A stretch of 64,000 nt of DNA from an uncultured Eubacteriales bacterium (GTDB lineage: Bacteria > Acidobacteriota > Aminicenantia > Aminicenantales > Aminicenantaceae). This document shows positions 43,832 through 53,907 of this stretch, in pieces (the stretch's first letter is position 1; every line of letters begins with the position of its first letter). Under the pieces are notes generated by a model that made no database searches, was not told where the DNA came from, and worked only from the letters and a program-made list of their open reading frames with translations. The stretch covers positions 68,189 to 132,188 of the forward strand of contig CAYOSH010000004.1 in assembly GCA_964406575.1 (NCBI GenBank), written 5' to 3'. Both the position numbers and the translations under genes were made by a program.

Positions 43832-44443
43832 ATGAATAAGGCAGCGAGATTCTTCACCATAACCGCATGCCTGCTTCTTATATCGGCTTATGGATTTTCC
43901 TATGGCGCTGGGAACACCTTCTTTTTTAACGCGGCTGGATATTTCCCTACGGAGAGTCAGATCAAAACCGGATATGGGTCTGGGCTTGGAACGACATTGA
44001 TGCTGACACAAAATGTCGTGTTCTCCCTCGAATTCAAATACGCGAGGTTCTCCGTTGATCCAGAGGAAGGGAAGTTTTTGGCCGGGAACCTCACCTTAAC
44101 TCCGATCATCGCGAACTTTCAGTATTATTTTAATCCCAATGCATCCTTCTCGCCCTATGTCTTCGGTGGAGTCAGTTTCGTATTTGCACGCTTTAACGCC
44201 GAAGCACGTCAGATCGGCGAAGAAGCTTTAATAACAAAGCAAGATCCAAAAAATGGCTTGGGATTTCAAGGCGGCCTGGGAGCCACATTCAGTGTCTCAG
44301 AAAGAGTGGCCATTTTTTTTGAAGGGTATTATCTGTACAGGCAAGCAGTGGTCGAGACGTCCTTTTTAACGGGAGCCCAGGGACAGTTCGACACGAACTT
44401 GAGTCATCTCGGTGTTCTTGTGGGCCTGAAATACTACTACTAA
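43832..44443 (+). CDS. Outer-membrane beta-barrel protein (OmpW/OmpA-like small porin family)
   Basis: Signal peptide. Alternating amphipathic beta-strand pattern. C-terminal GLKYYY aromatic terminus typical of OMPs. Confidence 0.65.
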   Translation: MNKAARFFTITACLLLISAYGFSYGAGNTFFFNAAGYFPTESQIKTGYGSGLGTTLMLTQNVVFSLEFKYARFSVDPEEGKFLAGNLTLTPIIANFQYYFNPNASFSPYVFGGVSFVFARFNAEARQIGEEALITKQDPKNGLGFQGGLGATFSVSERVAIFFEGYYLYRQAVVETSFLTGAQGQFDTNLSHLGVLVGLKYYY

Positions 44444-44518
44444 GCGATAACATTTAGAAAACACTCCAGTCGCTAACGCGACACCCAAAACCCCTTCACA
44501 GAAAAGGCCTACTCACTT

Positions 44519-45595
44519 TCAATAGACACATGTTTTCGCCTCTTCAGCATATGCTTCGAGGAGTTCGATGTCTGCCTCGAAAAAATGATCCGACGTAGAC
44601 AGAATATAACCGCCCCCTTCGCCTGCTTCCTCAAAACACCTTCGCACAGCCGCGCGCGTCTCAGCAGGACGGCATCCCTTAAAGTGATGGAATTGGTCAA
44701 AACCTCCGATCAGGCACACACGATGTCCGATCTGCTTTTTTGCCCTTGCAAGGTCAGCGTCCCCACCAAGAGAAGACGGCGTGAACGTTTCCATCGCGTC
44801 TGGTTTCATACCAGCGATCATATCTAGAAGTGGCATCATCCCCCCGCATGTGTGGTAGACCACGCGCTGTCCGGCATTGTGGGCGGCGTCGATAAGTTCT
44901 GCATCATAAGGGGCTCCTTTCATGGATTGGATGAAGCGGACTTTCCTTGCCTTTAAGATGGCCAGAAATTCATGCACCCACACAGGATCATCGTACGTGG
45001 CCATGATGAGGTCTCCGATGCCGTAAAGAACAGCCGCATCCTGCCAACAGCCGGGTTGGCCGTAGATGTCGAACCCGGGAATTGTCCCTCGGACCAATCC
45101 GCGTTCGCCAAAGGCCTCTGCTTCACGAGCCACGACATTGGCATCGCACAAGGGCACTGGAGCATATTTGGCAAAGATATCGATCTCCGACTTGTCTTTG
45201 ATGAGGCGCTCCGTCACCCATGTTGTCTGCTCATCGCTCTGTAAAGCCATCGTGAGAGTCCTCTTCGGAGTGACACAACGGTAGCGCACAGATCTATATT
45301 TTGGATCGGAAATATAGTCCTTTTGGATGATCCAGTTGTTCGTTAAGATGTACCTGGGCTGCAGAGAATTCTCCCTCTGTTGAAAAGGATCAAAGTAATC
45401 CCCTTTAGATGGATCTGGCCTCTGAGCGACCACCCAATGGATTGGATCCAATCCAAAATGATCGAAAAACTCCTGGACAGAGATTCCGTCCATTGTGTGC
45501 TCGAGAAAATAGGGCATAACGTGGTGGGTTGTCACAGGAAGCCGGTCCGTTTTCTTCCGTTCCAGTGCCGTCAAGAGCCTCTGTTTCGAATCCAT
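44519..45595 (-). CDS. Uroporphyrinogen-decarboxylase (URO-D) superfamily protein (MtaA/CmuA-like methyltransferase fold)
   Basis: Start set at MDSKQRLLTALERKKTDRLPV, a typical URO-D-like N-terminus. (beta/alpha)8 pattern. The ORF is open further upstream to 45685. Confidence 0.65.
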   Translation of the reverse strand: MDSKQRLLTALERKKTDRLPVTTHHVMPYFLEHTMDGISVQEFFDHFGLDPIHWVVAQRPDPSKGDYFDPFQQRENSLQPRYILTNNWIIQKDYISDPKYRSVRYRCVTPKRTLTMALQSDEQTTWVTERLIKDKSEIDIFAKYAPVPLCDANVVAREAEAFGERGLVRGTIPGFDIYGQPGCWQDAAVLYGIGDLIMATYDDPVWVHEFLAILKARKVRFIQSMKGAPYDAELIDAAHNAGQRVVYHTCGGMMPLLDMIAGMKPDAMETFTPSSLGGDADLARAKKQIGHRVCLIGGFDQFHHFKGCRPAETRAAVRRCFEEAGEGGGYILSTSDHFFEADIELLEAYAEEAKTCVY

Positions 45596-45685
45596 CCCAC
45601 CCAATCTACCACCTCCCGAATAATTTTTAAATATTTTTACAAAAATCCCTTGACATATATGTATAAACTGTGCATATATATGCAT

Positions 45686-45883
45686 ATGAGAACAACACTC
45701 AACATCGATGACAGGCTCCTCGGTAAAGCCGCTGAACTGACGGGAATCACAGAAAAAACATCTTTGGTCAGGCGAGGCTTAGAGGCCCTCATCGCCCTCG
45801 AAAGCAGCAAAAGATTGGCCCGGCTGGAAGGTACGGAGAAATTTCTTCGAGTGAAAGACAGAAGGAGTATTCGTAAAAATTAA
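45686..45883 (+). CDS. vapB: VapB-family type II antitoxin
   Basis: MRTTLNIDDRLLGKAAELTGITEKTSLVRRGLEALIA resembles Rv0623-like/VapB antitoxins. It ends 2 nt before the PIN gene. Confidence 0.75.
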   Translation: MRTTLNIDDRLLGKAAELTGITEKTSLVRRGLEALIALESSKRLARLEGTEKFLRVKDRRSIRKN

Positions 45884-45885
45884 AT

Positions 45886-46251
45886 ATGGTTCTAGCCGAC
45901 ACCTCCATTTGGGTCTCACATTTGCGAGACAAAAATCCCCCGCATAAATCCCTGTTGATGAAAGGGCTTGTCGTTTGCCATCCCTCAATCATAGGCGACC
46001 TGGCATGCGGCAATCTGAAGAATCGAGACGAGATCCTATCACTCCTTGAAGCCCTTCCAGCGGCGACTCCAGCCACCCATGATGAAGTCCTTCACTTTAT
46101 CGATACGAATCAACTCATGGGAATCGATCTCAATTATTCAGATGTTCATCTTCTCGCTTCTGCGCTTCTCTCCACTGCCCTCATATGGACCAAGGATAAA
46201 AATCTTCAGGAAGCTGCCGACCAACTGAGGATCGCTTATCATCCGAAATAG
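45886..46251 (+). CDS. vapC: VapC PIN-domain ribonuclease toxin
   Basis: MVLADTSIWVSHL has the first PIN acidic residue. Conserved D/E/D positions. Length 121 aa. Confidence 0.85.
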   Translation: MVLADTSIWVSHLRDKNPPHKSLLMKGLVVCHPSIIGDLACGNLKNRDEILSLLEALPAATPATHDEVLHFIDTNQLMGIDLNYSDVHLLASALLSTALIWTKDKNLQEAADQLRIAYHPK

Positions 46252-46419
46252 GTTTTCATACGAACACAAATATTTTTAGAGCGTTCTTTTTTCTTTTTTT
46301 CTCGAAAAAAACATGAGGGACAATGAAAGATTTTCGAAAATTTATAAAGATCTGGTCCAATTGCTGGATTGATTTTTTTTGAAACCTAGCGCGTATTTCG
46401 AAAACGGAATCGGTTCTTT

Positions 46420-47478
46420 TTATTGATCGGTAACGGTGAGGCCGGATGGAGAAAGGATAAAGCGGAGGGATTTGATGCCTTTGCCGAGGGAGTTGATCTC
46501 CTGGAGCATGTGTTCGCGCTCATGGCTTCTGGAGCTGCCCAGGATAGTTAGTGATCCTCCTTTTCCGCCTGCGCCATTGACCTTCCATCCTGCGGCGTTA
46601 TATTTTTTTGCGATTGCGATGACAGTATCGGCCTCAGCAGGTATAAGGCCTGAATGAAGTGCTCGCTGACATTCGTTATTTTGAATCATCATTTTCCCAT
46701 AATTCTTCAAATCTCCTGTTTTGAGATAATCTCTCGCCCGCTCAGCCAGGATTCTCATTTTTATGATCTCTTTGGACTGCGGTCCTCCTGTCTCGAGAGT
46801 GGAAATGACATCATCATGGATCTCTGAAGAACGATGGGACTTTCCCAGGTAGATCAAGCTTAGCCTCTGCTTCAACTCATCTCTTAAGCTCAAAGGCAAG
46901 AATAAATTTGTAACCTTGGCTTCTGGGTAGTTATACATGTGGATAAAACAAATCCCTCCGTAGGCGGCACATATCTGATCCTGGACTCCGCTTTGGAGAC
47001 CGAGTTTTTCTGTTTCCACACGGTGCGCCAGGGACACGATTTCGTCTGTAGAGCGGGTTTGAGGTGAAAGCGCGGCGATCGCCCCGATGAGAGCTACACA
47101 CACCGAAGCGGATGTCCCGATGGCGCTTCCGGCCGGAACATGGGCTGAAACACTGACTTCAAGTTCGTGTTTTATCGGAATCCGCAGAGAATTGAGAGCC
47201 CCCTGGAGATAGGGATGGACATCGTAAGCAGGCTCGTCCGGGTCCATCCAAAAGGAGTCTCTGTAATCTTTGGCTTTGACAAGGACTCTTTTTTCCCTTC
47301 TTCTTTTGTTGGGAAAGACCTTGATCTCCACTTCGACCGGAGGGGAGATAGCCAGGTTCAAAACCTTGCCTTCACCCGAGAACCAGGTGTCTGTCCAGCC
47401 GCCTATATCGTTGATGCGCAAAGGCGCTGTGGCATGTATAACTCGAGAAGGAGTTCTTGCAACCATAGCCCTAACCAA
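46420..47478 (-). CDS. GHMP-family sugar kinase (HddA/fucokinase-like)
   Basis: APLRINDIGGWTD and HVPAGSAIGTSASVCVALIGAI are the GHMP ATP-binding motifs. Confidence 0.8.
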   Translation of the reverse strand: MVRAMVARTPSRVIHATAPLRINDIGGWTDTWFSGEGKVLNLAISPPVEVEIKVFPNKRRREKRVLVKAKDYRDSFWMDPDEPAYDVHPYLQGALNSLRIPIKHELEVSVSAHVPAGSAIGTSASVCVALIGAIAALSPQTRSTDEIVSLAHRVETEKLGLQSGVQDQICAAYGGICFIHMYNYPEAKVTNLFLPLSLRDELKQRLSLIYLGKSHRSSEIHDDVISTLETGGPQSKEIIKMRILAERARDYLKTGDLKNYGKMMIQNNECQRALHSGLIPAEADTVIAIAKKYNAAGWKVNGAGGKGGSLTILGSSRSHEREHMLQEINSLGKGIKSLRFILSPSGLTVTDQ

Positions 47479-47605
47479 AAATATTCATCGGCTGTCAATC
47501 CCGCGTCACTGACCTCACTCCACCTCTAGAGATCGTATTATAAGCAAAATCCAACAAAAAAGGGAGAACATCAGAGGCAACCCCTCCAAATTCAAATATG
47601 CAGAC

Positions 47606-50383
47606 TTATGGTGACTTGGTGGATATTTCAAAGGCGCCGAGCTTGATGGTGCGGTGGAATTGGCCGGGAGGTAAAGGCCGAGGAGGCATCGGGCTCAGAG
47701 GCGGCAAATCTTGCTTAAGCTTTAAAAACACCTCCTTTGCATCCGGCTCCAGAGTCAAAACGAGCCATGCGGAAGCTGTTCCTGCCCAGCTTGTCCGTCC
47801 TTCTGGGGGGTATATCTGGACGCGCATCAGGTGGCTTCCGATAGGCACATCCCGTTTATACCACGTCCAGCGACCCTTTTGGCTTTCTGTCTTCATCCCA
47901 ACCTGTTCGCCATTCAAGCTCACGACAACAGTTGGGTCCTCTCGATCCACAGAAGCTCCTGATGGTTCGAGCAGAAAGCAGAATGTGCATTTTTTTGTAG
48001 GCTCATGGAGCCTGAAGCGGATATCACTCCAGAATTGTCCCTCTCCGGAATATTTCTGGACAAAGACCCGGCTTACAGGCTCTTGAATCTCAACGACCGG
48101 TATCACAGAATCAGGCGGATCGATCCTCGTCCCATCATAGACCATGGAACTGACCTTATGCGGGTTTAAAAGGCGGGGCTGACCGCCACTATTCAAGACT
48201 CTCAGTCTGTACTCACTCTGGCCTGCATGAACCCGTTCGAATGTCACTCCCGCGAAAAGCGGTTCAGATGCTTCTTCCAAGGGATAGATCTCATAAATGG
48301 ATGTTTCATACCCTTCTAAAGGAATTTCGAGATTGGCGCCCGCAGGGATAAGATCGGGCGAGATGTGACGGACTGGATACACCCTATCAAAAACCAGGTG
48401 AGTTGCCGAAGGATCAAGATCCATAGATGGCGAGAGTTCGATCTTTAGGATCTTCGGCTCCACAAAGGGATTCCGCGCTGCAATAATCCCGTGATTTCCC
48501 TCAAAATGGACATACCCATAGGGATTCCGGCCCTCGGGATTCCCCCCGACCATCTCTGCAGAATCCAGAACAGGAAACCGATCCTTCGCCCAACGAACAG
48601 AATCGGCCAACGCATCCCACTCAGCATCCGTGAGCAGATCAGGAGAGATATAAAGCTCACCCATAGATATGCCACGCGCAAAATAGAGCAGAGCGTTATC
48701 GGTGAATTTATCAAGAGGCTCGGTTTCCCCTCCCAACATCTGAAGATGTCCTTTGATAATGCCGTGGGTCATAAGGTTGGCGATGGGGAACCAGAACTTC
48801 TTTTCCAGCAAGTCATCATAAAGGATTGTATCCCGATAAGTCATGGCCCGGTCCCGCTGACTGATCGAAGGGACATCGGCATAGCCGTAGTCCGACCCCT
48901 GCATCCATATGGTATTGGCGTATTTCAACCACCACGGACTTAACCACGTTCCGGAAGTGATATTCAAAAAGACGTCAGGACTTTCTGCGCGAGCTGTACG
49001 GCAGAGGTCGATCACAGACTCCATGACAGCCCGTCTTGAATAGACATCAGGAAGATGGCCGTGGTCGGGCTCACTGCAAGAGAACTGGATGCCATCCCAC
49101 TTAAAATAGCGAATGCCGTGATTCCGCACGAGGTCGATAACACGTTCTTTGAGGAGGGCATGATATTTTTCTCCGGCTACACACATCTGATCGCCGACAA
49201 CTTCGTATCCGTTGGCTCTCATCCATCCGATCCGCCAATCCCTGTGGGAGTAGCCCCCCGTCGGGCCGATCCATATCCCTAACCGGCTCCCCATTGGCTG
49301 CAAAGCCGCAGCCACTGGCGCCAGCCCGTTTGGAAATTGTTCGACATTCAACACCCAGTCGCTTTGGTAGACATCCCATCCATCATCCAGGACAAAAGCG
49401 TCCAGTTTGACCCCCCGTTGCTCCACCATCCGGCGACGAAAGGATGCGACTGTCCGCAGGATATTCTCTTCCGTGAGGGATCGGGAAGGATCTTTGACCA
49501 TAACCGGAGCCCTCAAATCATACCAGCTGTTGTAAAGGAGATAGGGTTTCAAAGGGGCCACACGCATTTGATCCAAATACTTCCAGAACCACTGTTTCAC
49601 CTCGACGTTAGGGGAGAGCCCTTCGACGACGCTTTCGCTTTCAACCCAGGAAGTGCCGATCTTCTCTCCTAAAACCTGTCCACACTTCAGCTCTAAATGT
49701 CCAATGGCTGAGTGCTGGAGGAGATTATCCGATGTGGGATACTCCAATCCAAAAAATGCGCCGCCGCCTCCCTGAAGCAGTGCTACAGGCTGGCCGAATC
49801 CACCACTCTTCAAGAGTGATGGGATTCCTTGTATGGAGCCCCTTCGAGGCCAGATCCAACGCAGGAAGTGAAAACCGAATTCCTCATCCCGAACGGCCAA
49901 TTGACGATGGATAAAAAATGTGCCGGGCTCGACACGATAAGTCAAACGGATCTCCATCGGCATTCCCTCGCCTTTAAAATAAAGCTCAAGATTAACAGTC
50001 CCATCGGGAGATTTCTTGAAGATATATTGCACTACACTGAAATCTTTTTTACTCAACAAGACAGGGTTTTCTGCGTTGTTCACCTTGCCGGGCGCCTTCC
50101 ACTTCGACCACATCACATCCAGGGCAAAGTCCGCATCCGTTTTCACTTCGAAAGGCTGTGTTCCATACCTTGAAAGCCATCCGGAAAGCGCTAAGAGCTC
50201 GTCCCCTTTGAGCATCCCGTTCTCGACAAAAACCGCACAACGAATCTGATCATTGCTCAACCAGAAGACCTGGATCCCATTAACTTTTTGCTGGCCCGAG
50301 CGAACAGAGTCGGCCAGCACTAATGGGACCTGCATCAATGAAACGATGACAAGCAATAGCAAAATGACACGGGATGATCTCAT
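47606..50383 (-). CDS. Large secreted glycoside hydrolase, GH36-like (alpha-galactosidase / alpha-N-acetylgalactosaminidase clan GH-D) with C-terminal accessory domains
   Basis: Signal peptide. FVLDDGW and RYFKWDGIQ resemble GH36 FVLDDGW and KWDMN (nucleophile Asp). Length 925 aa. Confidence 0.65.
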   Translation of the reverse strand: MRSSRVILLLLVIVSLMQVPLVLADSVRSGQQKVNGIQVFWLSNDQIRCAVFVENGMLKGDELLALSGWLSRYGTQPFEVKTDADFALDVMWSKWKAPGKVNNAENPVLLSKKDFSVVQYIFKKSPDGTVNLELYFKGEGMPMEIRLTYRVEPGTFFIHRQLAVRDEEFGFHFLRWIWPRRGSIQGIPSLLKSGGFGQPVALLQGGGGAFFGLEYPTSDNLLQHSAIGHLELKCGQVLGEKIGTSWVESESVVEGLSPNVEVKQWFWKYLDQMRVAPLKPYLLYNSWYDLRAPVMVKDPSRSLTEENILRTVASFRRRMVEQRGVKLDAFVLDDGWDVYQSDWVLNVEQFPNGLAPVAAALQPMGSRLGIWIGPTGGYSHRDWRIGWMRANGYEVVGDQMCVAGEKYHALLKERVIDLVRNHGIRYFKWDGIQFSCSEPDHGHLPDVYSRRAVMESVIDLCRTARAESPDVFLNITSGTWLSPWWLKYANTIWMQGSDYGYADVPSISQRDRAMTYRDTILYDDLLEKKFWFPIANLMTHGIIKGHLQMLGGETEPLDKFTDNALLYFARGISMGELYISPDLLTDAEWDALADSVRWAKDRFPVLDSAEMVGGNPEGRNPYGYVHFEGNHGIIAARNPFVEPKILKIELSPSMDLDPSATHLVFDRVYPVRHISPDLIPAGANLEIPLEGYETSIYEIYPLEEASEPLFAGVTFERVHAGQSEYRLRVLNSGGQPRLLNPHKVSSMVYDGTRIDPPDSVIPVVEIQEPVSRVFVQKYSGEGQFWSDIRFRLHEPTKKCTFCFLLEPSGASVDREDPTVVVSLNGEQVGMKTESQKGRWTWYKRDVPIGSHLMRVQIYPPEGRTSWAGTASAWLVLTLEPDAKEVFLKLKQDLPPLSPMPPRPLPPGQFHRTIKLGAFEISTKSP

Positions 50384-50493
50384 CCTTGCCTCCCAGACTT
50401 ATATTTATCGTAAAATGTCTGTTTCCTCAGGAATAATTCCTTACATCCCCGCGCTTGTTTATCCTGGAGATGAGAATGTCCTATGAAATGGTT

Positions 50494-51384
50494 TCAGACG
50501 AATTCGCCCTTAGCGATTTTAAAGACTTTGCCACCGACAAGAACGTCAATGGCACCTGAGTTATCCTCAGCCTTGAGATAGAGGAGAGATGGCCTTCCGA
50601 TCTCGTATCCCTGTTCCACGCGCACATTGATGCGCGGCTCTCCAAAGTAGCGGTGTTTCACCAGGTAGCCAGCAAGACATCCATTGGCACTGCCTGTAGC
50701 TGGATCCTCCGGAATATTGTAATAATCCACAAACACACGACAGTTCAAATCATTCTTTGGACTGTAGGTCTCCGAGCAAAAGATGAGTGGAGCTTTGGCA
50801 TCAGTGTGGGCGATCAAATCAAAAAACACATCTCTGTTAACCCTAGCCTTTTTCACCACATCCAGTGTCTTCAGGGGGACAATCAAAAAGGGAAGCCCTG
50901 TGGAGACTTCCTCTACAGGAAACCTGTCATCGATATCTGCCTCATCAAGATTCAGAGACCTGGCGATCGTCGCCTTATCAAACGTACGCCCAAATTCGGG
51001 GTGTTGCTGTTCCATCCACAAATCATCCGCCTCGCCCTTGCTGAAACTCAACGCAACTGGAATCTGTCCAATCCTCAAATTGAGGATCACTTTTTCGATG
51101 GGCTTTCGAATAATTTCCTGCTGGATGATAAAGGCTGTACCGAGAGTGGGATGTCCGGCAAAGGGAATCTCCTCAGCTGGCGTAAAAATACGGACATCGT
51201 AACCACCTTTCCGCTGTTTTTCTGAAAGAATGAATGTGGTTTCCGAATAATTCATCTCTTTTGCGTAAAGCTGCATCTCTTCATCAGAAAGGTCAGCCGC
51301 ATCCAAAAAAACCGCCAATTGATTGCCTGCGTATTTTGTTTCTGCGAACACATCCACGATCGCAAAGGTGTGCGTTCTCATCAT
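50494..51384 (-). CDS. PhzF-family isomerase (YddE-like)
   Basis: FAIVDVFAETKYAGNQLAVF...GHPTLGTAFII matches PhzF motifs. Confidence 0.85.
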   Translation of the reverse strand: MMRTHTFAIVDVFAETKYAGNQLAVFLDAADLSDEEMQLYAKEMNYSETTFILSEKQRKGGYDVRIFTPAEEIPFAGHPTLGTAFIIQQEIIRKPIEKVILNLRIGQIPVALSFSKGEADDLWMEQQHPEFGRTFDKATIARSLNLDEADIDDRFPVEEVSTGLPFLIVPLKTLDVVKKARVNRDVFFDLIAHTDAKAPLIFCSETYSPKNDLNCRVFVDYYNIPEDPATGSANGCLAGYLVKHRYFGEPRINVRVEQGYEIGRPSLLYLKAEDNSGAIDVLVGGKVFKIAKGEFV

Positions 51385-52856
51385 TCGCCTCTTTTTTTCT
51401 CTGGAAAAAAAATGATGAATTCAGTTCCGTGTTCCCTGTTTAGTTCGATGGTTCCCTCGAGCTGGTCGACCAACATCGTCACCAGCTGCATCCCCAGAGA
51501 TTTTGTTTTTCTGAAGTCCAATTTTTTAGGAAAGCCGTTGCCGGAGTCCTTGACGATCAATGTGTATCTGCCATCTCCCGCTGGAAGCAGAGACACTTCG
51601 ACCTCACCGCTTTTGCCTTTAGGCAAGGCATGTTTGAATACATTAGAGACCAGTTCATTGATGATCAATCCACAGGGTATGCCCACTTGGGCATCCAAGA
51701 ACACATTCTTGACGTCGATCCTGAGCTGGACAACATCTAAATCCACATTGTAGGAGTGAAACAAATATTTTGTGAGCGTTTTAATGTATTCCTCGAAGTT
51801 TATGTTTCCAAGGTCACTAGCCCTGTAGAGATTCTCATGGATAAGAGCCATGGAGCTGACACGGTCTCTGGTTTCGTTAAAAATTTCGCGCGCCTCTTTA
51901 TCATCCAGTTGCTGAGATTGAAGTTCGATAAGCCCGGAGATCACCTGCATGTTGTTTTTCACACGATGGTGCAGTTCCTGGAGGAGTATTTCTTTTTCTT
52001 TGAGTGCCGCCTTGATTTTCTCCGTGGCCTTTTTCCGGTCAGTGATATCCATCATCATTCCTATGATTTCATTACCTGCAAGTGTGGCACTGATAAGAAC
52101 GTTTTTGCTTTCGCCTGACTTCGTCAATAACTCGATCTCATAATAATTCAACCGCTCCTTTTCTTTGAGCTCTTGAACAAACGCTTCGCGGTCCTCATGA
52201 TTCTTGTACCTGGCTACGACACCCTCTTTGATCATTTCTTCCGGTGCGGAGAATCCCAGCATCCTGAAGAGTGCCTCATTGACAAAAAGGTAATCCCCCG
52301 TGAGATTTGTCCGATACACACCCACCAGAGCATTATCCACAAGGTCTCTGTATTTTTGTTCGGATATTCTAAGGGTGGCTTCCACATGCTTGCGTTCGGT
52401 AATGTTGCGGAGCGCTCCTTCGATACCGACAGGGATGTTATTATCGTCTAAAACAATCCGGGCACTGACCGATGTATCAATCAGCCTTCCATCTTTGCTT
52501 TTAAGTTTCAGCTCGTAATCATTGATCCATCCTGTTTCTTTGATCTTTTGGACAAAAACATCACGAGCAGCAGGTTCGACAAAAAAAACAGTGACCGGGC
52601 GGCCGATGACCTCATTTGGCTGATATCCGGCTTGAGTGTAGATGGATGGACTGATATCTATGATCTTCCCATCCCGGTCTGTACGATAGCATACATCGTA
52701 GAAGGATTCAAAAATGGTCCGGTACTTCTCCTCGGATCGGCGGAGCATTTTTTCCTTTTTTTGACTTGTGACCAGAGCATTTTCGAGCTCTACGACTCTT
52801 TTGCGAAGAGCGATCAATTCTTCCAGATCCTGTTCTTTGGGCCTTTGTTTATCCAT
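51381..52856 (-). CDS. Cytoplasmic PAS-domain sensor histidine kinase (HisKA_2/HWE-type)
   Basis: Coiled-coil, then three PAS-like segments, then ELHHRVKNNMQVISGLIELQ (HisKA_2 H-box) and a HATPase_c domain. Its stop overlaps the PhzF start by 4 nt. Confidence 0.85.
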   Translation of the reverse strand: MDKQRPKEQDLEELIALRKRVVELENALVTSQKKEKMLRRSEEKYRTIFESFYDVCYRTDRDGKIIDISPSIYTQAGYQPNEVIGRPVTVFFVEPAARDVFVQKIKETGWINDYELKLKSKDGRLIDTSVSARIVLDDNNIPVGIEGALRNITERKHVEATLRISEQKYRDLVDNALVGVYRTNLTGDYLFVNEALFRMLGFSAPEEMIKEGVVARYKNHEDREAFVQELKEKERLNYYEIELLTKSGESKNVLISATLAGNEIIGMMMDITDRKKATEKIKAALKEKEILLQELHHRVKNNMQVISGLIELQSQQLDDKEAREIFNETRDRVSSMALIHENLYRASDLGNINFEEYIKTLTKYLFHSYNVDLDVVQLRIDVKNVFLDAQVGIPCGLIINELVSNVFKHALPKGKSGEVEVSLLPAGDGRYTLIVKDSGNGFPKKLDFRKTKSLGMQLVTMLVDQLEGTIELNREHGTEFIIFFPEKKRGE

Positions 52857-53021
52857 CAGTAACCGCTCTTGCCGATGCTAAAGACGCTAGGCCAAAATCA
52901 TCCCCACAAGCTTCATAGCATGCGTACATAGCTATCTATTGACTTTTTATATCAACATTGAAAGAAAAGTGCAATCACCCTTAGGGATGAATTTTGAGGT
53001 GATTTGGGAGTGAAGCGAGTC

Positions 53022-53876
53022 TTAAGATTTTTTATGCGCAATGGCGAGGAGGTGCTGACTTGTCCCCAGAAGCGACGGCTCATCTTCCACCCAACTCAAC
53101 GCTTCGAGGAGTTGATTGCGTTTTCTCAGATCCTCCCATCGCGTCTCGAAATCCGGCAAGAATCCACCCAATCCTTCGACGGGAAGGACCTTTTCGCATT
53201 GAAATCCCGCGTCTTCGATCTCCGCCTTCAAATCCTTGGGGTGGTGGAAGAATCCTGTGGTGAAATAAAACGGATGATCCGTGGGATTTCTATGCTGGCC
53301 GTCTCTCAAATCCTGTTTGACGATTTTTTCAAACTGCGGATCATCCAGGAATCCGGAAAACAATCCGTCCAAGATAGATGCGAAACGGGATATGGCTGCA
53401 ACGAATAAAATGCCGCCTGTCTTCAGGATGCGGTTGGCCTCCTGCAGGGCACAAAGCCGTTCTGTTCGCTCATTCAGATGATACATGGGCCCAAAAAAAA
53501 GGACAAAGTCAGCACTCAAATCGGGGAAATCCAGGTGACGGGCATCCCCCACGCGACAGCTTTTGATGGGAACATGAGGCTGCCTCTGGGATGCACGAAT
53601 CGCTTTTTCCACATGGGAAGGGACCGGGTCGACAAGGTGTACTTCATACCCTAATCCGGCTAGCCAACAGGAGTAGACTCCCGCCGCACCCCCCACATCA
53701 TAGATAACCGCAGGAGGAGGAGTCAGATAGCGCTGGATGATCTCCTGTGTGCGCGCCAATTCAAGTTTACTCGTCCCCTTGAAAAGGCGACTCTCTTCGT
53801 CGAAACTCTGGTAGTAGTGATCAAGCTCATGGTCAGATGTTTTTTTTGATGATGAAGATTTTTTCACGGTTTTCAC
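53022..53876 (-). CDS. Class I SAM-dependent methyltransferase
   Basis: VIYDVGGAAGVYSCWLAGLGYEVHLVD is the motif I glycine loop. An acidic residue follows the next beta-strand. Confidence 0.8.
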   Translation of the reverse strand: MKTVKKSSSSKKTSDHELDHYYQSFDEESRLFKGTSKLELARTQEIIQRYLTPPPAVIYDVGGAAGVYSCWLAGLGYEVHLVDPVPSHVEKAIRASQRQPHVPIKSCRVGDARHLDFPDLSADFVLFFGPMYHLNERTERLCALQEANRILKTGGILFVAAISRFASILDGLFSGFLDDPQFEKIVKQDLRDGQHRNPTDHPFYFTTGFFHHPKDLKAEIEDAGFQCEKVLPVEGLGGFLPDFETRWEDLRKRNQLLEALSWVEDEPSLLGTSQHLLAIAHKKS

Positions 53877-53907
53877 TTTAATGTGCTTCCTGAGCCTAAA
53901 CCCCTAT

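Noticed and set aside
47598-50249. Plus-strand ORFs (up to 162 aa) antisense to the GH36-like gene
   Set aside because: Same reasoning: overlapped by a 925-aa gene with a signal peptide and GH36 motifs.
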